A DNA stretch of 64,000 bases, taken from positions 356,899 through 420,898 of the forward strand of contig NC_088128.1 in the NCBI RefSeq assembly GCF_036370855.1, given 5' to 3'. The notes below the pieces were generated by a model. It ran no database searches. It was given only the letters and a program-made list of their open reading frames with translations, and was not told the DNA's origin. The DNA is from Dromaius novaehollandiae. Taxonomy: Eukaryota. A program made the position numbers and the translations under genes. This document shows, piece after piece, positions 22,641 to 35,259 of the stretch (positions within the stretch are counted from its first letter, which is position 1; the number at the start of each line of letters is the position of its first letter).

Positions 22641-22779
22641 CTTGTGGAAGTCGTCGAAGGAGACGGCGGCGACGGCGCCGCGCACGCGGGACGCCAGGGC
22701 CTTGCAGGCGTCGCCCACGAAGTCGGGGACGCTGAAGAGCCGCCCCAGCTCCGCCGGCGTCTCCGGCACCTCAAAGTGC
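22641..22779 (-). CDS. MVP: MVP coding exon c11: (W)[46 protein letters not shown]
   Basis: Acceptor ccggcag|G. Donor AAG|gtgcca. Matches human 'HFEV...[35 protein letters not shown]'. Confidence 0.9.
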
Positions 22780-22789
22780 CTGCCGGAGG

Positions 22790-24440
22790 GGGCGGGGCCA
22801 CGCTCAGGCCACGCCCCCTCATCCAGGCCACGCCCCCCAGCTGCCTAGACCCGCCCACGCCCCCTTCTTGCTCCTCCCCCCTCCCAGCTCGTCCCCTTTG
22901 CAGCAAGAAGAGCTCCAGCCACCTTGGCCACGCCCCCTCCACCCTGGCCACGCCCCCTCGTCCAGGCCACGCCCCCTCGTCCAGGCCACGCCCCTTCCCT
23001 CAGGCCACGCCCCCTTCCTGCTCCTCCCCTCCCAGCTCGGCCCCTTTGCAGCATGAAGAGCTCCAGGTGCCTTGGCCACGCCCCCTAGGCCACGCCCCCT
23101 ACCACCAGGCCACGCCCCCTCCTCCAGACCATGCCCCCTACTTCAAGGCCACGCCCTCTTCCCCAGGCCACGCCCCCTTCTTGCTCCTCCCCCCTCCCAG
23201 CTCTGCCCCTTTGCAGCAAGAAGACCTCCAGCCACTCTGGCCACGCCCCCCTCCACCCTGGCCACGCCCCCTCCTCCAGACCACGCCCCCAACACAGGCC
23301 CCACCTCTTCCCCAAGCCCCGCCCCCTCCCCAGGCTCCTCCTCCCTTTCTCTCCCCCCAGGAGCACCCCACCCCCATCCCACCCCCAAGCCCCACCCCCA
23401 TGACCAAGCCCCGCCCCCTTTTGGCCAATCCCCGCCCCCTGGGTCCAGGACACGCCCCCTCTGGCCAAGCCCCGCCCCCGGGTCCAGGCCACGCCCCCTC
23501 CCTGACCTCCCCTTCCCCTTCCCTGCCCCCCAGAGCGCCCCATCCCCATCCCACCCCCCAAGCCCCACCCCATGGGACCAGACCCCGCCCCCAGGACCAA
23601 GCCCCGCCCCCCTTTGGCCAAGCCCCGCCCCGGGTCCAGGCCACGCCCCCTCCCTGACCTCCCCTTCCCCTTCCCTGCCCCCCAGAGCACCCCATCCCCA
23701 TCCCACCCCAAGCTCCGCCCCCAGGACCAGGCCCCGCCCCCTCTGGCCAAACCACGCCCCTGGGTCCAGGCCACGCCCCCCTGTGTACAGGCCACGCCCT
23801 CTTTGGCCAAGCCCCGCCCCCTCCCCAGGCTCCTCCTCCCTTTCTCTCCCCCCAGGAGCACCCCACCCCCATCCCACCCCCCCAAGCCCCACCCCCTTTT
23901 GGCCAAGCCCCGCCCCCAGGGTCCAGGTCACGCCCCCTGGGTACAGGCCACGCCCCCTCTGGCCAAGCTCCGCCCCCTCCCAAGGCTCCCCCTCCCCTTC
24001 TCTCCCCCCAGGAGCACCCCACCCCCATCCCACCCCCAAGCCCCACCCCCATGACCAAGCCTCGCCCCCTTTTGGCCAATCCCCGCCCCCTGGGTCCAGG
24101 ACACGCCCCCTCTGGCCAAGCCCCGCCCCCGGGTCCAGGCCACGCCCCTCCCTGACCTCCCTTTCCCCTTCTCTGCCCCCCGGAGCGCCCCATCCCCATC
24201 CCACCCCAAGCTCCGCCCCCAGGACCAAGCCCCGCCCCCCTCTGGACAAACCACGCCCCCTGGGTCCAGGACACGCCCCTGGGTCCAGGACACGCCCCTT
24301 CTGGCCAAGCCCCGCCCCCTCCCCAGGCTCATCCTCCCCTTCTCTGCCCCCCGGAGCGCCCCATCCCCATCCCACCCCCCAAACCCCACCCCTTCTGGCC
24401 AAGCCCCGCCCCCCTCTGGCCAAGCCCCGCCCCCCGGGCC
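22790..24440. repeat. GC-box / GT-box (GGCCACGCCCC, AAGCCCCGCCCC) array with about 330-bp higher-order period in an MVP intron. A similar short array is at 14410-15060.
   Basis: Direct reading. Sp/KLF-type motifs on both strands. Confidence 0.85.
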
Positions 24441-24450
24441 CCCCGCCCAC

Positions 24451-24648
24451 CAGTTGTAGGCCAGCTGCAGCTGGAGGCGGGCGTGGTCGGCGGTCTCGAT
24501 GGCCACCAGGTCGGCGCAGAAGTCGGGGCCCAGGAGCAGGCAGAGGGCGCGGCGGGCGTGGGGGCGCTTGGGGCGGCCCCCCGACAGCGACAGCACCGTG
24601 GGCACCTCCCCCGGCGCCAGCAGCGCCAGCTCGGGGCCCAGCACCACC
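24451..24648 (-). CDS. MVP: MVP coding exon c10: (R)[65 protein letters not shown](W)
   Basis: Acceptor gtccccag|G. Donor TG|gtgggc. Near-identical to human '[66 protein letters not shown]'. Confidence 0.9.
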
Positions 24649-24649
24649 C

Positions 24650-27600
24650 TGGGGACGTCGCCAAGGTCTCCGTCACCGTCACCGTCATCACCGTGGCCAC
24701 CATGGCCACCAACCCGGCCACCGCCACGGCCCCCGCGGCCCCCGGATCCCCGCCAACCTCGAGGTGGACCCCCATCCCGGACGTCCTCAACGTCTCCAAC
24801 ATCCCTGATGTCCCCAACGTCCCCAATGGTCTCCAAGTCGCCCATCCCCGATGTCCCCAACACCCCCAACATTCCTCATATCTTCAATGTCCCCAATGTC
24901 CCCCGGATCCCTGCTATCCTCGAGGTGGACCCCCATCCCTGACATCCTCAACATCTCTGATGACCCCAATGTCCCCCATGTCTTCAATGGCCCCAACACC
25001 AACGTTCCTGATGGCCGTGACATCACCAATGTGCTCAATGTCCCCAATGTCCCCCAGATCCCCACCAACCTCGAGGTGGACCCCCATCCCGGACGTCCTC
25101 GACGTCTCCAACATCCCTGATGTCCCCAACGTCCCCAATGGTCTCCATGTTGCCCATCCCCGATGTCCCCAACACCCCCAACATTCCTCATATCTTCAAT
25201 GTCCCCAGTGTCCCCCGGATCCCTGCTATCCCCGAGGTGGCCCCCCATCCCTGACGTCCTCGACATCTCCAACATCCCTGATGTCCCCAACGTCCCCAAT
25301 GGTCTCCATGTTGACCATCCCCGATGTCCCCAACACCCCCAACATTCCTCATATCTTCAGTGTCCCCAATGTCCCCCGGATCCCCGCCAACCTCGAGGTG
25401 GACCCCCATCCCGGACATCCTCGACATCTCCAACATCCCTGATGTCCCCAACGTCCCCAATGGTCTCCATGTTGACCATCCCCAATGTCCCCAACACCCC
25501 CAACATCCCTGATGTCTTCAGTGTCCCCAGTGTCCCCCGGATCCCTGCTATCCTCGAGGTGGACCCCCATCCCGGACGTCCTCGACATCTCCAACATCCC
25601 TGATGTCCCCAACGTCCCCAATGGTCTCCATGTTGACCATCCCCGATGTCCCCAACACCCCCAACATTCCTCATATCTTCAATGTCCCCAATGTCCCCCG
25701 GATCCCTGCTATCCTCGAGGTGGACCCCCATCCCGGACATCCTCGATGTCTCCAACATCCCTGATGTCCCCCATGTCCCCAATGTCGCCCATCCCTGATG
25801 TCCCCAACACCCCCAACATCCCTGATGTCTTCAGTGTCCCCAATGTCCCCCGGATCCCTGCTATCCTCGAGGTGGACCCCCATCCCGGACGTCCTCGATG
25901 TCTCCAACATCCCTGATGTCCCCAAAGTCCTCAATGTCGCCCATCCCCGATGTCCCCAACACCCCCAACATCCCTGATGTCTTCAGTGTCCCCAATGTCC
26001 CCCGGATCCCTGCTATCCTCGAGGTGGACCTCCATCCCTGACATCCTCAACATCTCTGATGACCCCAATGTCCCCCATGTCTTCAATGGCCCCAACACCA
26101 ACGTTCCTGATGGCTGTGACATCACCAATGTGCTCAATGTCCCCAACGTCCCCCAGATCCCCACCAACCTCGAGGTGGACCCCCATCCCGGACGTCCTCG
26201 ACGTCTCCAACATCCCTGATGTCCCCAACGTCCCCAATGGTCTCCATGTTGACCATCCCCGATGTCCCCAACACCCCCAACATTCCTCATATCTTCAGTG
26301 TCCCCAATGTCCCCCGGATCCCTGCTATCCTCGAGGTGGACCCCATCCCTGACGTCCTCGACATCTCCAACATCCCTGATGTCTCCCATGTCCCCGATGT
26401 CCCCAACACCAATGTTCCTGATGGCCCCGACGTCACCAATGTGCTCTATGTCCCCAATGTCCCCCGGATCCCCGCCATCCCCGAGGTGGCCCCCAATCCC
26501 TGATGTCCTCAACACCTGTGACATCTCTGATGTCCCCCATGTCTCCCATGTCCCCCATGTCCCCAACACCAATGTTCCTGATGGCCCCGACATCACCAAC
26601 ATGCTCTATGTCCCCAATGTCCCCCAGGTCCCTGCCATCCCCGATGAAGCACCCCATCCCCGATGTCCCTGATGTCCCCAACCCCCCCGATGTCCCCAAC
26701 ATCCCCGGCGCCTCACCGGGCCTCAACACCTCCAACATCCCTGATGACCCTGATGCCCTCGATGTCCCCAATGTCCCCCACGTCTCCGCCATCCCCGAGG
26801 TGGCTCCCCATCCCCGACGTCCCCAATGTCCCCAACCCCCTCCATGTCCCCAACGTCCCTGGTGCCTCACTGGGCCTCAACACCCCTGACATCCCCGATG
26901 TCCCCGATGCCCTCAATGTCCCCAATGTCCCCCAGATCCCCACCATCCCTGAGGTGGCCCCCCATCCCCGACGTCCCCCCCGATGTCCCCAACGCTCCCA
27001 ACGTCCCCACTGTCCCTGGCGCCTCACCGGGCCTCAACAGCCCCGACATCTCCGATGTCCCTGACGCCCTCAATCTCCCCAATGTCCCCCAGGTCCCCGC
27101 CGTCCCCGAGGTGGCCCCCCATCCCTGCCATCCCCGCTGTCCCCAACATCCCCGCTGTCCCCAGCACCTCCCTGGGCCTCAACACCCCCGACATCCCCGA
27201 TGTCCCCAATGTCTCCGATGTCCCCCAGCTCCCTGCCATCCCCGAGGTGGCCCGCCATCCCCGATGTCCCCAACCCCCCCGATGTCCCCAATGTCCCCGG
27301 CGCCTCACCAGGCCTCAACACCTCCAACATCCCCGATGTCCCCGATGCCCCCAATGTCCCCCACGTCCCCACCGTCCCCGAGGTGGCCCCCCATCCCCAA
27401 CGTCCCCGCTGTCCCCCCCGCTGCCCCCAATGTCCCCGGTGCCTCACCGGGCCTCACCGGGCCTCAACACCCCCGACATCCCCAATGTCCCTGATGCCCT
27501 CAATGTCCCCGATGTCCCCCACGTCCCTGCCATCCCCGAGGTGGCTCCCCATCCCCGATGTCCCCGATGTCCCCAACCCCCCGATGTCCCCAACGTCCCC

Positions 27601-27760
27601 GGCGCCTCACCGGGCCTCAACACCTCCAATGTTCCTGATGTCCCCAATGTCCCCGATGTCCCCCAGCTCCCCGCCGTCCCCGAGGTGGCCCCCCATCCCC
27701 GACGTCCCCGTCCCCCCCGACGTCCCCGACGTCCCCGTTGTCCCCAACGTCCCCGGCGCC
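24650..27760. repeat. Minisatellite (CCCCAATGTCCCCGATGTCC, about 160-bp higher-order repeat) in an MVP intron
   Basis: Direct reading of the sequence. Confidence 0.9.
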
Positions 27761-27764
27761 TCAC

Positions 27765-28015
27765 CGGGCCCGCCGCTCGCGGTAGTCGTAGAGCTGCATG
27801 GCGGCGTTGTGGGGCACCCGGAAGGTGACGGCCCGCGTGCGGTCCCGCCGCGTCCCCGCGTCCCCGTGGTTGTCCCCGCTGTCCCCGAGGTCCCCGCGCT
27901 GGCCCAGGGGGTCGCGGGCGGCCGCCAGCAGAGCCTCCACCCCCGGCGGCAGCTCCTTCTCCCACAGCTCCTCCGTCGCCGTCAGCAGGTAGGTCTGGCC
28001 CACCACCGCCCGCAC
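27765..28015 (-). CDS. MVP: MVP coding exon c9: [83 protein letters not shown](R)
   Basis: Acceptor ccccgcag|GTG. Donor CG|gtgagg. Matches human '[30 protein letters not shown]...[24 protein letters not shown]'. Confidence 0.9.
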
Positions 28016-28029
28016 CTGCGGGGCGCCCG

Positions 28030-30800
28030 GCGCTGGGAGCACTGGGAGGCGCTGGGAGGCGCTGGGAGGGGGCTGGGAGCACTGGGAGGCACTGGGAGGG
28101 GGCTGGGAGGCACTGGGAGCGGGCTGGGAGGCACTGGGAGGGGGCTGGGGGGACTGGGAGGGGCCTGGGAGGCACTGGGAGCGGGCTGGGAGGCACTGGG
28201 AGGGGGCTGGGAGCACTGGGAGGGGACTGGGAGCACTGGGAGGGGACTGGGAGGCACTGGGAGCGGGCTGGGAGCAGGCTGGGGACACTGAGAGGGGGCT
28301 GGGAAGGGACTGGGAGGGGACTGGGAGCACTGGGAGGGGACTGGGGGCACTGGGAGGGGAAACGGAGGGGACTGGGAGCACTGGGAGGGGACTGAGAGGG
28401 GACTGGGAGCACTGGGAGGGGGCTGGGAGTGCTGGGAGGGGGCTGGGAGCATTGTGAGGGGACTGGGAAGGGACTGGGAGAGGGCTGGGAGGGGACTGGG
28501 AAGCACTGGGAGTGGGCTGGGAGCACTGGGAGGTGGACTGGGAGGGGACTGGGAAGGGACTGGGGGCACTGGGAGGGGACACAGAGGGGACTGGGAGCAT
28601 TGGGAGGGGACTGGGAAGGGGCTGGGAGGTGGACTGGGAGGGGACTGGGAAGGGACTGGGGGCACTGGGAGGGGACACAGAGGGAACTGGGAGGCACTGG
28701 GAGCGGGCTGGGAGCACTGGGAGGGGGCTGGGAGGGGACTGTGGAGGGGACTGGGAAGGGACTGGGGGCACTGGGAGGGGGCTGGGGGCACTGGGAGGGG
28801 CTGGGAGGGGGCTGGGAAGAGAGTGGGGGCACTGGGAGCACTGGGAGGGGGCTGGGAGCACTGGGAGGGGGCTGGGAGCATTGGGAGGGCACTGGGAAGG
28901 GACTGGGAAGGGACTGGGGGCACTGGGAGGGGACTGGGAGCACTGGGAGTGCTGGGGGGGACTGGGAGCACTGGGAGGGGACTGGGAGGGGACTGGGAGG
29001 ACTGGGAAGGGGGCTGGGGGCACTGGGAGAGGGGCTGGAGGGGCTGGAGGGGACTGGGAGCACTGGGAGGGGGCTGGGGGTGCTGGGAGCACTGGGACGG
29101 GAGTGGGAGCACTGGGAGGGGAGTGTGGGCACTACAGTGGGTTTGGGGGGGGTTGGAGGTCTATAGGGGCTCCAGGGGGTTGGGGGGCTCCATAGGGGCT
29201 CCAGGGGGTCTCCAGGGGGTTGGGGGGCTCCAGAGGGGCTCCAGAGGGGTCGGGGGCTCTATAGGGGCTCCATAGGGGACCGGGGCTCCATAGGGTCTCC
29301 AGGAGGTTCAGGAGATCTCCAGGGGGTTGGTGACTCTATAGGGGCTCCAGGGGGTTTGAGGGGTCTCCAGGGACTCGGGGGTCTCTATAAGGTCTCCAGG
29401 GGGGTCAGGATCTCTATAGGGGCTCCATAGGGGAGCAGGATAAGAGATCCAGAGGGTCTCCAGGGGGTTCAGGAGATCTCCAGGGGGTTGGTGACTCTAT
29501 AGGGGCTCCAGGAGGTTCAGGGGGTCTCCAGGGCCTTGGGGGTCTCTATAGGGTCTCTGGGGGGTCAGGGGTCTCTATAGGGGCTCCATAGGGGAGCGGG
29601 ATAGGAGCTCTAGAGGGTCTCCAGGAGGTTCAGGAGGTCTCCAGGGGGTTGGTGACTCTATAGGGGCTCCAGGAGGTTCAGGAGGTCTCCAGGGACTCGG
29701 GGGTCTCTATAGGGGCTCCAGGGGGGTCAGGGGGGCTCCATAGGGTCTCTGGGGGGTCAGGGGTCTCTATAGGGGCTCCATAGGGGAGCGGGATAGGAGC
29801 TCTAGAGGGTCTCCAGGAGGTTCAGGAGATCTCCAGGGGGTTGGTGACTCTATAGGGGCTCCAGGGGGCTTGAGGGGTCTCCAGGGACTCGGGGGTCTCT
29901 ATAGGGGCTCCAGGGGGGTCAGGGGTCTCTATAGAGGCTCCATAGGGGAGCAGGATAGGAGCTCTAGAGGGTCTCCAGGAGGTTCAGGAGGTCTCCAGGG
30001 GCTTGCAGAGCTCCATAGAGACTCCAGGGGGTTTGGAGGGTCTCCAGGGCCTTGGGGGTCTCTATAGGGTCTCCAGGGGGATGGGGGTCTCTATAGGGGC
30101 TCCATAGGGGAGCAGGATAAGAGATCCAGAGGGTCTCCAGGGGGTTCAGGAGATCTCCAGGGGGTTGGTGACTCTATAGGGGCTCCAGGAGGTTCAGGGG
30201 GTCTCCAGGGCCTTGGGGGTCTCTATAGGGTCTCTGGGGGGTCAGGGGTCTCTATAGGGGCTCCATAGGGGAGCGGGATAGGAGCTCTAGAGGGTCTCCA
30301 GGAGGTTCAGGAGATCTCCAGGGGGTTGGTGACTCTATAGGGGCTCCAGGAGGTTCAGGGGGTCTCCAGGGACTCGGGGGTCTCTATAGGGTCTCTGGGG
30401 GGTCGGGGGGCTCCATAGGGTCTCTGGGGGGTCAGGGGTCTCTATAGGGGCTCCATAGGGGAGCAGGATAGGAGCTCTAGAGGGTCTCCAGGAGGTTCAG
30501 GAGATCTCCAGGGGGTTGGTGACTCTATAGGGGCTCCAGGAGGTTCAGGGGGTCTCCAGGGACTCAGGGGTCTCTATAGGGGCTCCAGGGGGGTCGGGGG
30601 TCTCTATAGGGTCTCTGGGGGGTCAGGGGTCTCTATAGGGGCTCCATAGGGGAGCGGGATAGGAGCTCTAGAGGGTCTCCAAGAGGTTCAGGAGATCTCC
30701 AGGGGGTTGGTGACTCTATAGGGGCTCCAGGAGGTTCAGGGGGTCTCCAGGGACTCGGGGGTCTCTATAGGGGCTCCAGGGGGGTCGGGGGGCTCCATAG
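28030..30800. repeat. Two arrays in an MVP intron: (GGGAGCACTGGGAGGGGGCTG)n at 28030-29130, and a roughly 200-bp unit rich in CTATAGGGGCTCCAG at 29130-30800
   Basis: Direct reading of the sequence. Confidence 0.9.
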
Positions 30801-30824
30801 GGGCTCCATAGGGGGGGGTCGGAC

Positions 30825-30983
30825 CTTGCCGGTGCGGACGTCGCGCACGTAGATGCCCTCTCCGTCGCCCAGGGCCACGGCGCGGCGCCGCTCCAGCACG
30901 GCCACCTCGGCCGGCGGCACGTACTCGAGGGGGCCGCGGGCCAGCCAGCGCTCGCCCGCCCGCCGCGTCACCTCCGTCCCCCC
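30825..30983 (-). CDS. MVP: MVP coding exon c8: [53 protein letters not shown]
   Basis: Donor AAG|gtccga. Acceptor tgtccccaag|GGG (exact 5' edge within about 10 nt). Matches human '[47 protein letters not shown]'. Confidence 0.8.
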
Positions 30984-31189
30984 CTTGGGGACAGCGCCGC
31001 GTCACCTGGGTGGCCCCGACCCCCCCCGCGGAGGTGGCACCTTGTCCCATCCCCCTTGGTGGCACCTTGTCCCTCCGCCCTTGGTGGCACCTCATCCCCC
31101 ACCCCCCGGTGACGTGGTGGGACGCCATCGCGACGTCAACGCGGGGACACCGCCGCGTCACCTCTGTCCCCCCCCCGGCATGTCACCGT

Positions 31190-34100
31190 GGCCCCCCCCC
31201 ACCCTCCAGTTGCCCCCCTCCAAGCTCCCAGTTGCCCCCTCAAGCTCCCAGTTGCCCCTCCAGGCCTCCAGTTGCCCCCTCCAAGCTCCCAGTTGCCCCC
31301 CAGATCTCCAGTTGCCCCCTCCAAGCTCCCAGTTGCCCTCCCAAGCTCCCAGTTGCCCCCCCAGGCCTCCAGTTGGCCCCTCAAGGTCCCAGTTGCCCCC
31401 TCCAAGCTCCCAGTTGCCCTCCTAAGGTCCCAGTTGCCCCCTCCAGGCCTCCAGTTGCCCCCTCAAGGTCCCAGTTGCCCCCCCAGGCCCCCAGTTGCCC
31501 CCTGCAAGCTCCCGGTTGCCCCCCCAGACCCCTAGTTGCCCCCTCAAACTCCCAGTTGCCCCACCAAGCTCCCAGTTGCCCCTCTAGGCCTCCAGTTACC
31601 CCCTCAAGGTCCCAGTTGCCGACCCAGACCCCCGGTTGCCCCTCCAAGCTCCCAGTTGCCCCCTCCAAGGCCTCCAGCTGCCCTCCTAAGGTCCCAATTG
31701 CCCACACGGACCCCCAGTTGCCCCCTCCAACCTCCCAGTAGCCCCCAGGACCTCCAGTTGTCCCCCCAGGCCCCCAGTTGCCCCCTCAAGGCTTCCAGTC
31801 GCCCTCCCAAGCTCCCAGTTGCCCCTCCAAGCTCCCAGTTGCCCCCTCAAGGTCCCAGCTGCCCCCTCACACCCTTGGTTGCCCCCTCAAGATGTCCAGT
31901 TGCCCTCCCAAGCTCCCAGTTGCCCCCCCCAGGCCTCCAGTTGCCCTCCTAGGCCCCCAGTTGCCCCCTCCAAGCTCCCAGTTGCCCCCTCAAGGCCCCC
32001 AGTTGCCCTCCCAAGCTCCCAGTTGCCCCCCCAGGCTCCCAGTTGCCCCTCCAGGCCTCCAGTTGCCCCCTCAAGGTCCCAGTTGCCCCCAGGGCCCCCA
32101 GTTGCCCCCTCCAAGCTCCCAGTTGCCCTCACAAGCTCCCAGTTGCCCCCTCCAAGCTCCCAGTTGCTCCTCCAGGCCCCCAGTTGCCCCCACAAGGTCC
32201 CAGTTGCACCTTCAGACCCTTGGTTGCCCCCTCAAGACCTCCAGTTGCCCACCCAGACCCCCAGTTGCCCCCTCCAAGCTCCCAGTTGCCCCCTCAAGGT
32301 CCCAGTTGCCCCCAGGGCCTCCAGTTGCCCCCCCCCCAGGCTCCCAGTTGCCCCCAGTTGCCCCCCGGGCACCTCGTCGGGGTGGGTGAGGGTCTGCAGC
32401 GCCTGCAGCAGCAGCCCCTCGTCCTCGGCCAGCACGTAGACGTCCTGGATGCCGGCCTGGAGCCGCTCGCCCGGCTGCAGGAAGAAGGACTTCTCGCCCT
32501 GGGGACACGGCGGGGACACGTCAGCGGCACGGCGGGGACATGGGGACACCATGGGGACGTGTCGCCACCATGGTGGGGACACGGGGACGCCATGGGGACA
32601 CGTCAGCGGCACGGCGGGGACACCGCGGGGACGTCTCGGCGGCGCGGCGGGGACATGGGGACACCGTGGGGACATCTCAGCAGCATGGCGGGGACACGGG
32701 GAGGCCATGGGGACACGTCAACTGCATGGTGGTGGCACAGGGACACCACGGGGACACACTACTGATATGGTGGGGACATGGGGACACCACGGGGACACAT
32801 CACTGGCACAGCTAGGACACCATGGGGACGTGAGGCCACCTCACACCCCTCAGGGCCACCTTAGGGTCCCTCGGTGCCACCCTGAGACCCTCAGGAGCCC
32901 GTTGAGGTCCCTCAGGGCCACCTCATGTTCCCCAGGGCCACCTTAGGGTCCCTTGGGGCCACCAGGAGCCCGTTGAGGTCCCGCAGGGCCACCTCAAATC
33001 CCTCAAGAGCCCGTTGAGGTCCCTCAGGGCCACCCTGAGCCCCCCAGGAGCCTGTTGAGGTCTCTCAAGGCCACCTCACGTTGCCCAGGGCCACCTTAGG
33101 GTCCCTTGGTGCCACCCGGACCCCCTCAGGAGCCCATTGAGGTCCCTCAGGGCCACCTCATGTTCCCCAGGGCCACCTTAGGGTCCCTTGGGGCCACCAG
33201 GAGCCCGTTGAGGTCCCGCAGGGCCACCTCAAATCCCTCAAGAGCCCGTTGAGGTCCCTCAGGGCCACCCTGAGCCCCCCAGGAGCCTGTTGAGGTCTCT
33301 CAAGGCCACCTCACGTTGCCCAGGGCCACCTTAGGGTCCCTTGGTGCCACCCGGACCCCCTCAGGAGCCCGTTGAGGTCCCTCAGGGCCACCTCATGTTC
33401 CCCAGGGCCACCTTAGGGTCCCTTGGGGCCACCAGGAGCCCGTTGAGGTCCCGCAGGGCCACCTCAAATCCCTCAAGAGCCCGTTGAGGTCCCCCAGGGC
33501 CACCTCACATTCCCCAGGGCCACCTTAGGGTCCCTCAGTGCCATCTCACGTTCCCCAGGGCCACCTTAGGGTCCCTCGGTGCCACCAGGAGCCCCTCAGG
33601 GCCACTTTCGGGATCAACTGAGATCTCTCAAGGCCACCTCAAGGCCACCTCACACCCCTCAGGGCCACCTCAGGGTCTCAGTGTCACCAGGAGCCCGTTG
33701 AGGTCCCTCAGGGCCACCCTGAGCCCCCCAGGAGCCTGTTGAGGTCCCTCAGGGCCACCTCAACCTCCTCAGGGCCACCTCAGGGTCCCTTGGGGCCACC
33801 CTGAGCCCCCCAGGAGCCCGTTGAGGTCCCCCAAGGCCACCTCACACCCCTCAGGGCTACCTTAATGTCCCTTGGGGCCACCAGGAGCCCATTGAGGTCC
33901 CTCAGGGCCACCTCACGTTCCCCAGGGCCACCTCAGGGTCCCTCCGGGCCACCCCAAGCCCCTTAGGAGCCCGTTGAGGTCCCCCAGGGCCACCTCATGT
34001 TCCCCAGGGCCACCTTAGGGTCCCTTGGGGCCACCCCGAGCCCCTCAGGAGCCCACTGAGGTCCCTCAGGGCCACCTCAACCTCCTCAGGGCCACCTCAG

Positions 34101-34800
34101 GGTCCCTTGGGGCCACCCTGAGCCCCCCAGGAGCCCGCTGAGGTCCCCCAAGGCCACCTCACACCCCTCAGGGCTACCTTAATGTCCCTTGGGGCCACCA
34201 GGAGCCCATTGAGGTCCCTCAGGGCCACCTCACGTTCCCCAGGGCCACCTCAGGGTCCCTTGGGGCCACTCCAAGCCCCTCAGGAGCCCATCGAGGTCCC
34301 CCAGGGCCACCTCACACCCCTCACACCCACCTTAGGGTCCCTTGGTGCCACCCTGAGCCCCTCAGGAGCCCGTTGAGGTCCCCCAGGGCCACCCCAAGTC
34401 CCCCAGGACCCCGTCGAGGTCCCTCAGGGCCACCCTGAGCCCCTCAGGCCCACCTTAATGTCCCTGAGTGCCACCAGGAGCCCACTGAGGTCCCCAAGGG
34501 CCACCCCGAGCCCCCAGGAGCCCGTTGAGGTCCCTCAGGGCCACCCCACACCCCTCAGGGCCACCTTAGGGTCCCTTGGGGCCACCAGGAGCCCCTCAGG
34601 AGCCCGGTGAGGTCCCTTGGGGCCACCTCACATTCCCCAGGGCCACCTTAGGGTCCCTCAGTGCCACCAGGAGCCCCTCAGGAGCCCGTTGAGGTCCCCA
34701 AGGGCCACCCCGAGCCCCTCAGGAGCCTGTCAACGTCCCTGAGGGCCACCCTGAGCCGCCCAGGACCCCGTCGAGGTCCCCCAGGGCCACCTCCATGGAG
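31190..34800. repeat. Arrays in MVP introns: (CCAGTTGCCCCCTCCAAGCTC)n at 31190-32350, and a roughly 68-bp unit GGCCACCTCAGGGTCCCTTGGGGCCACCAGGAGCCCGTTGAGGTCCCTCAG at 32830-34800
   Basis: Direct reading of the sequence. Confidence 0.9.
32373..32498 (-). CDS. MVP: MVP coding exon c7: [42 protein letters not shown]
   Basis: Acceptor gtccccag|GGC. Donor GAG|gtgccc. Matches human '[43 protein letters not shown]'. Confidence 0.9.
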
Positions 34801-34830
34801 GTCCCCCCCACCCCAGGCAGCACCACCCAC

Positions 34831-35067
34831 CTTGACGACGCGCTGCTGGCCCAGCTGGGGCTTGCCGTCGGGCCCCACGGGGTCGAGGACCACGCAGTAC
34901 TGGCGGGGCCCCAGGGTGGTGACGGCCACCTGGGCCACCACCTCCTCGAAGACGTCGGGGACGTAGGCCTCGCTCTGCTCCTGCGTCACCAGCCACTCCT
35001 CGCCCGTGCGCCGCACCGTGCCCTGGGCGTCCCGGAAGGTCCGGGTGGCCCGGAGGTGCAGGGCTTT
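34831..35067 (-). CDS. MVP: MVP coding exon c6: [79 protein letters not shown]
   Basis: Acceptor cccgcag|AAA. Donor AAG|gtgggt. Matches human '[79 protein letters not shown]'. Confidence 0.9.
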
Positions 35068-35152
35068 CTGCGGGTGACAGGCGGCGTGTGGGTGACACCG
35101 CCGTCGCCGGTGCGGCAGTGCGGCGGGGACAACCCGCGGGTGCCGGCGGTAC

Positions 35153-35247
35153 CTTCTCGGTGAGGACGATGGCGTCCACCACGTCGACGACCTCCTCGTA
35201 GACGCCGGGCAGGTAGGCGCCCACCCGCCTCACCAGCCACTCCTCGC
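35153..35247 (-). CDS. MVP: MVP coding exon c5: (G)[31 protein letters not shown]
   Basis: Acceptor ttcccccag|GC. Donor AAG|gtaccg. Matches human '[31 protein letters not shown]'. Confidence 0.9.
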
Positions 35248-35259
35248 CTGGGGGAACAG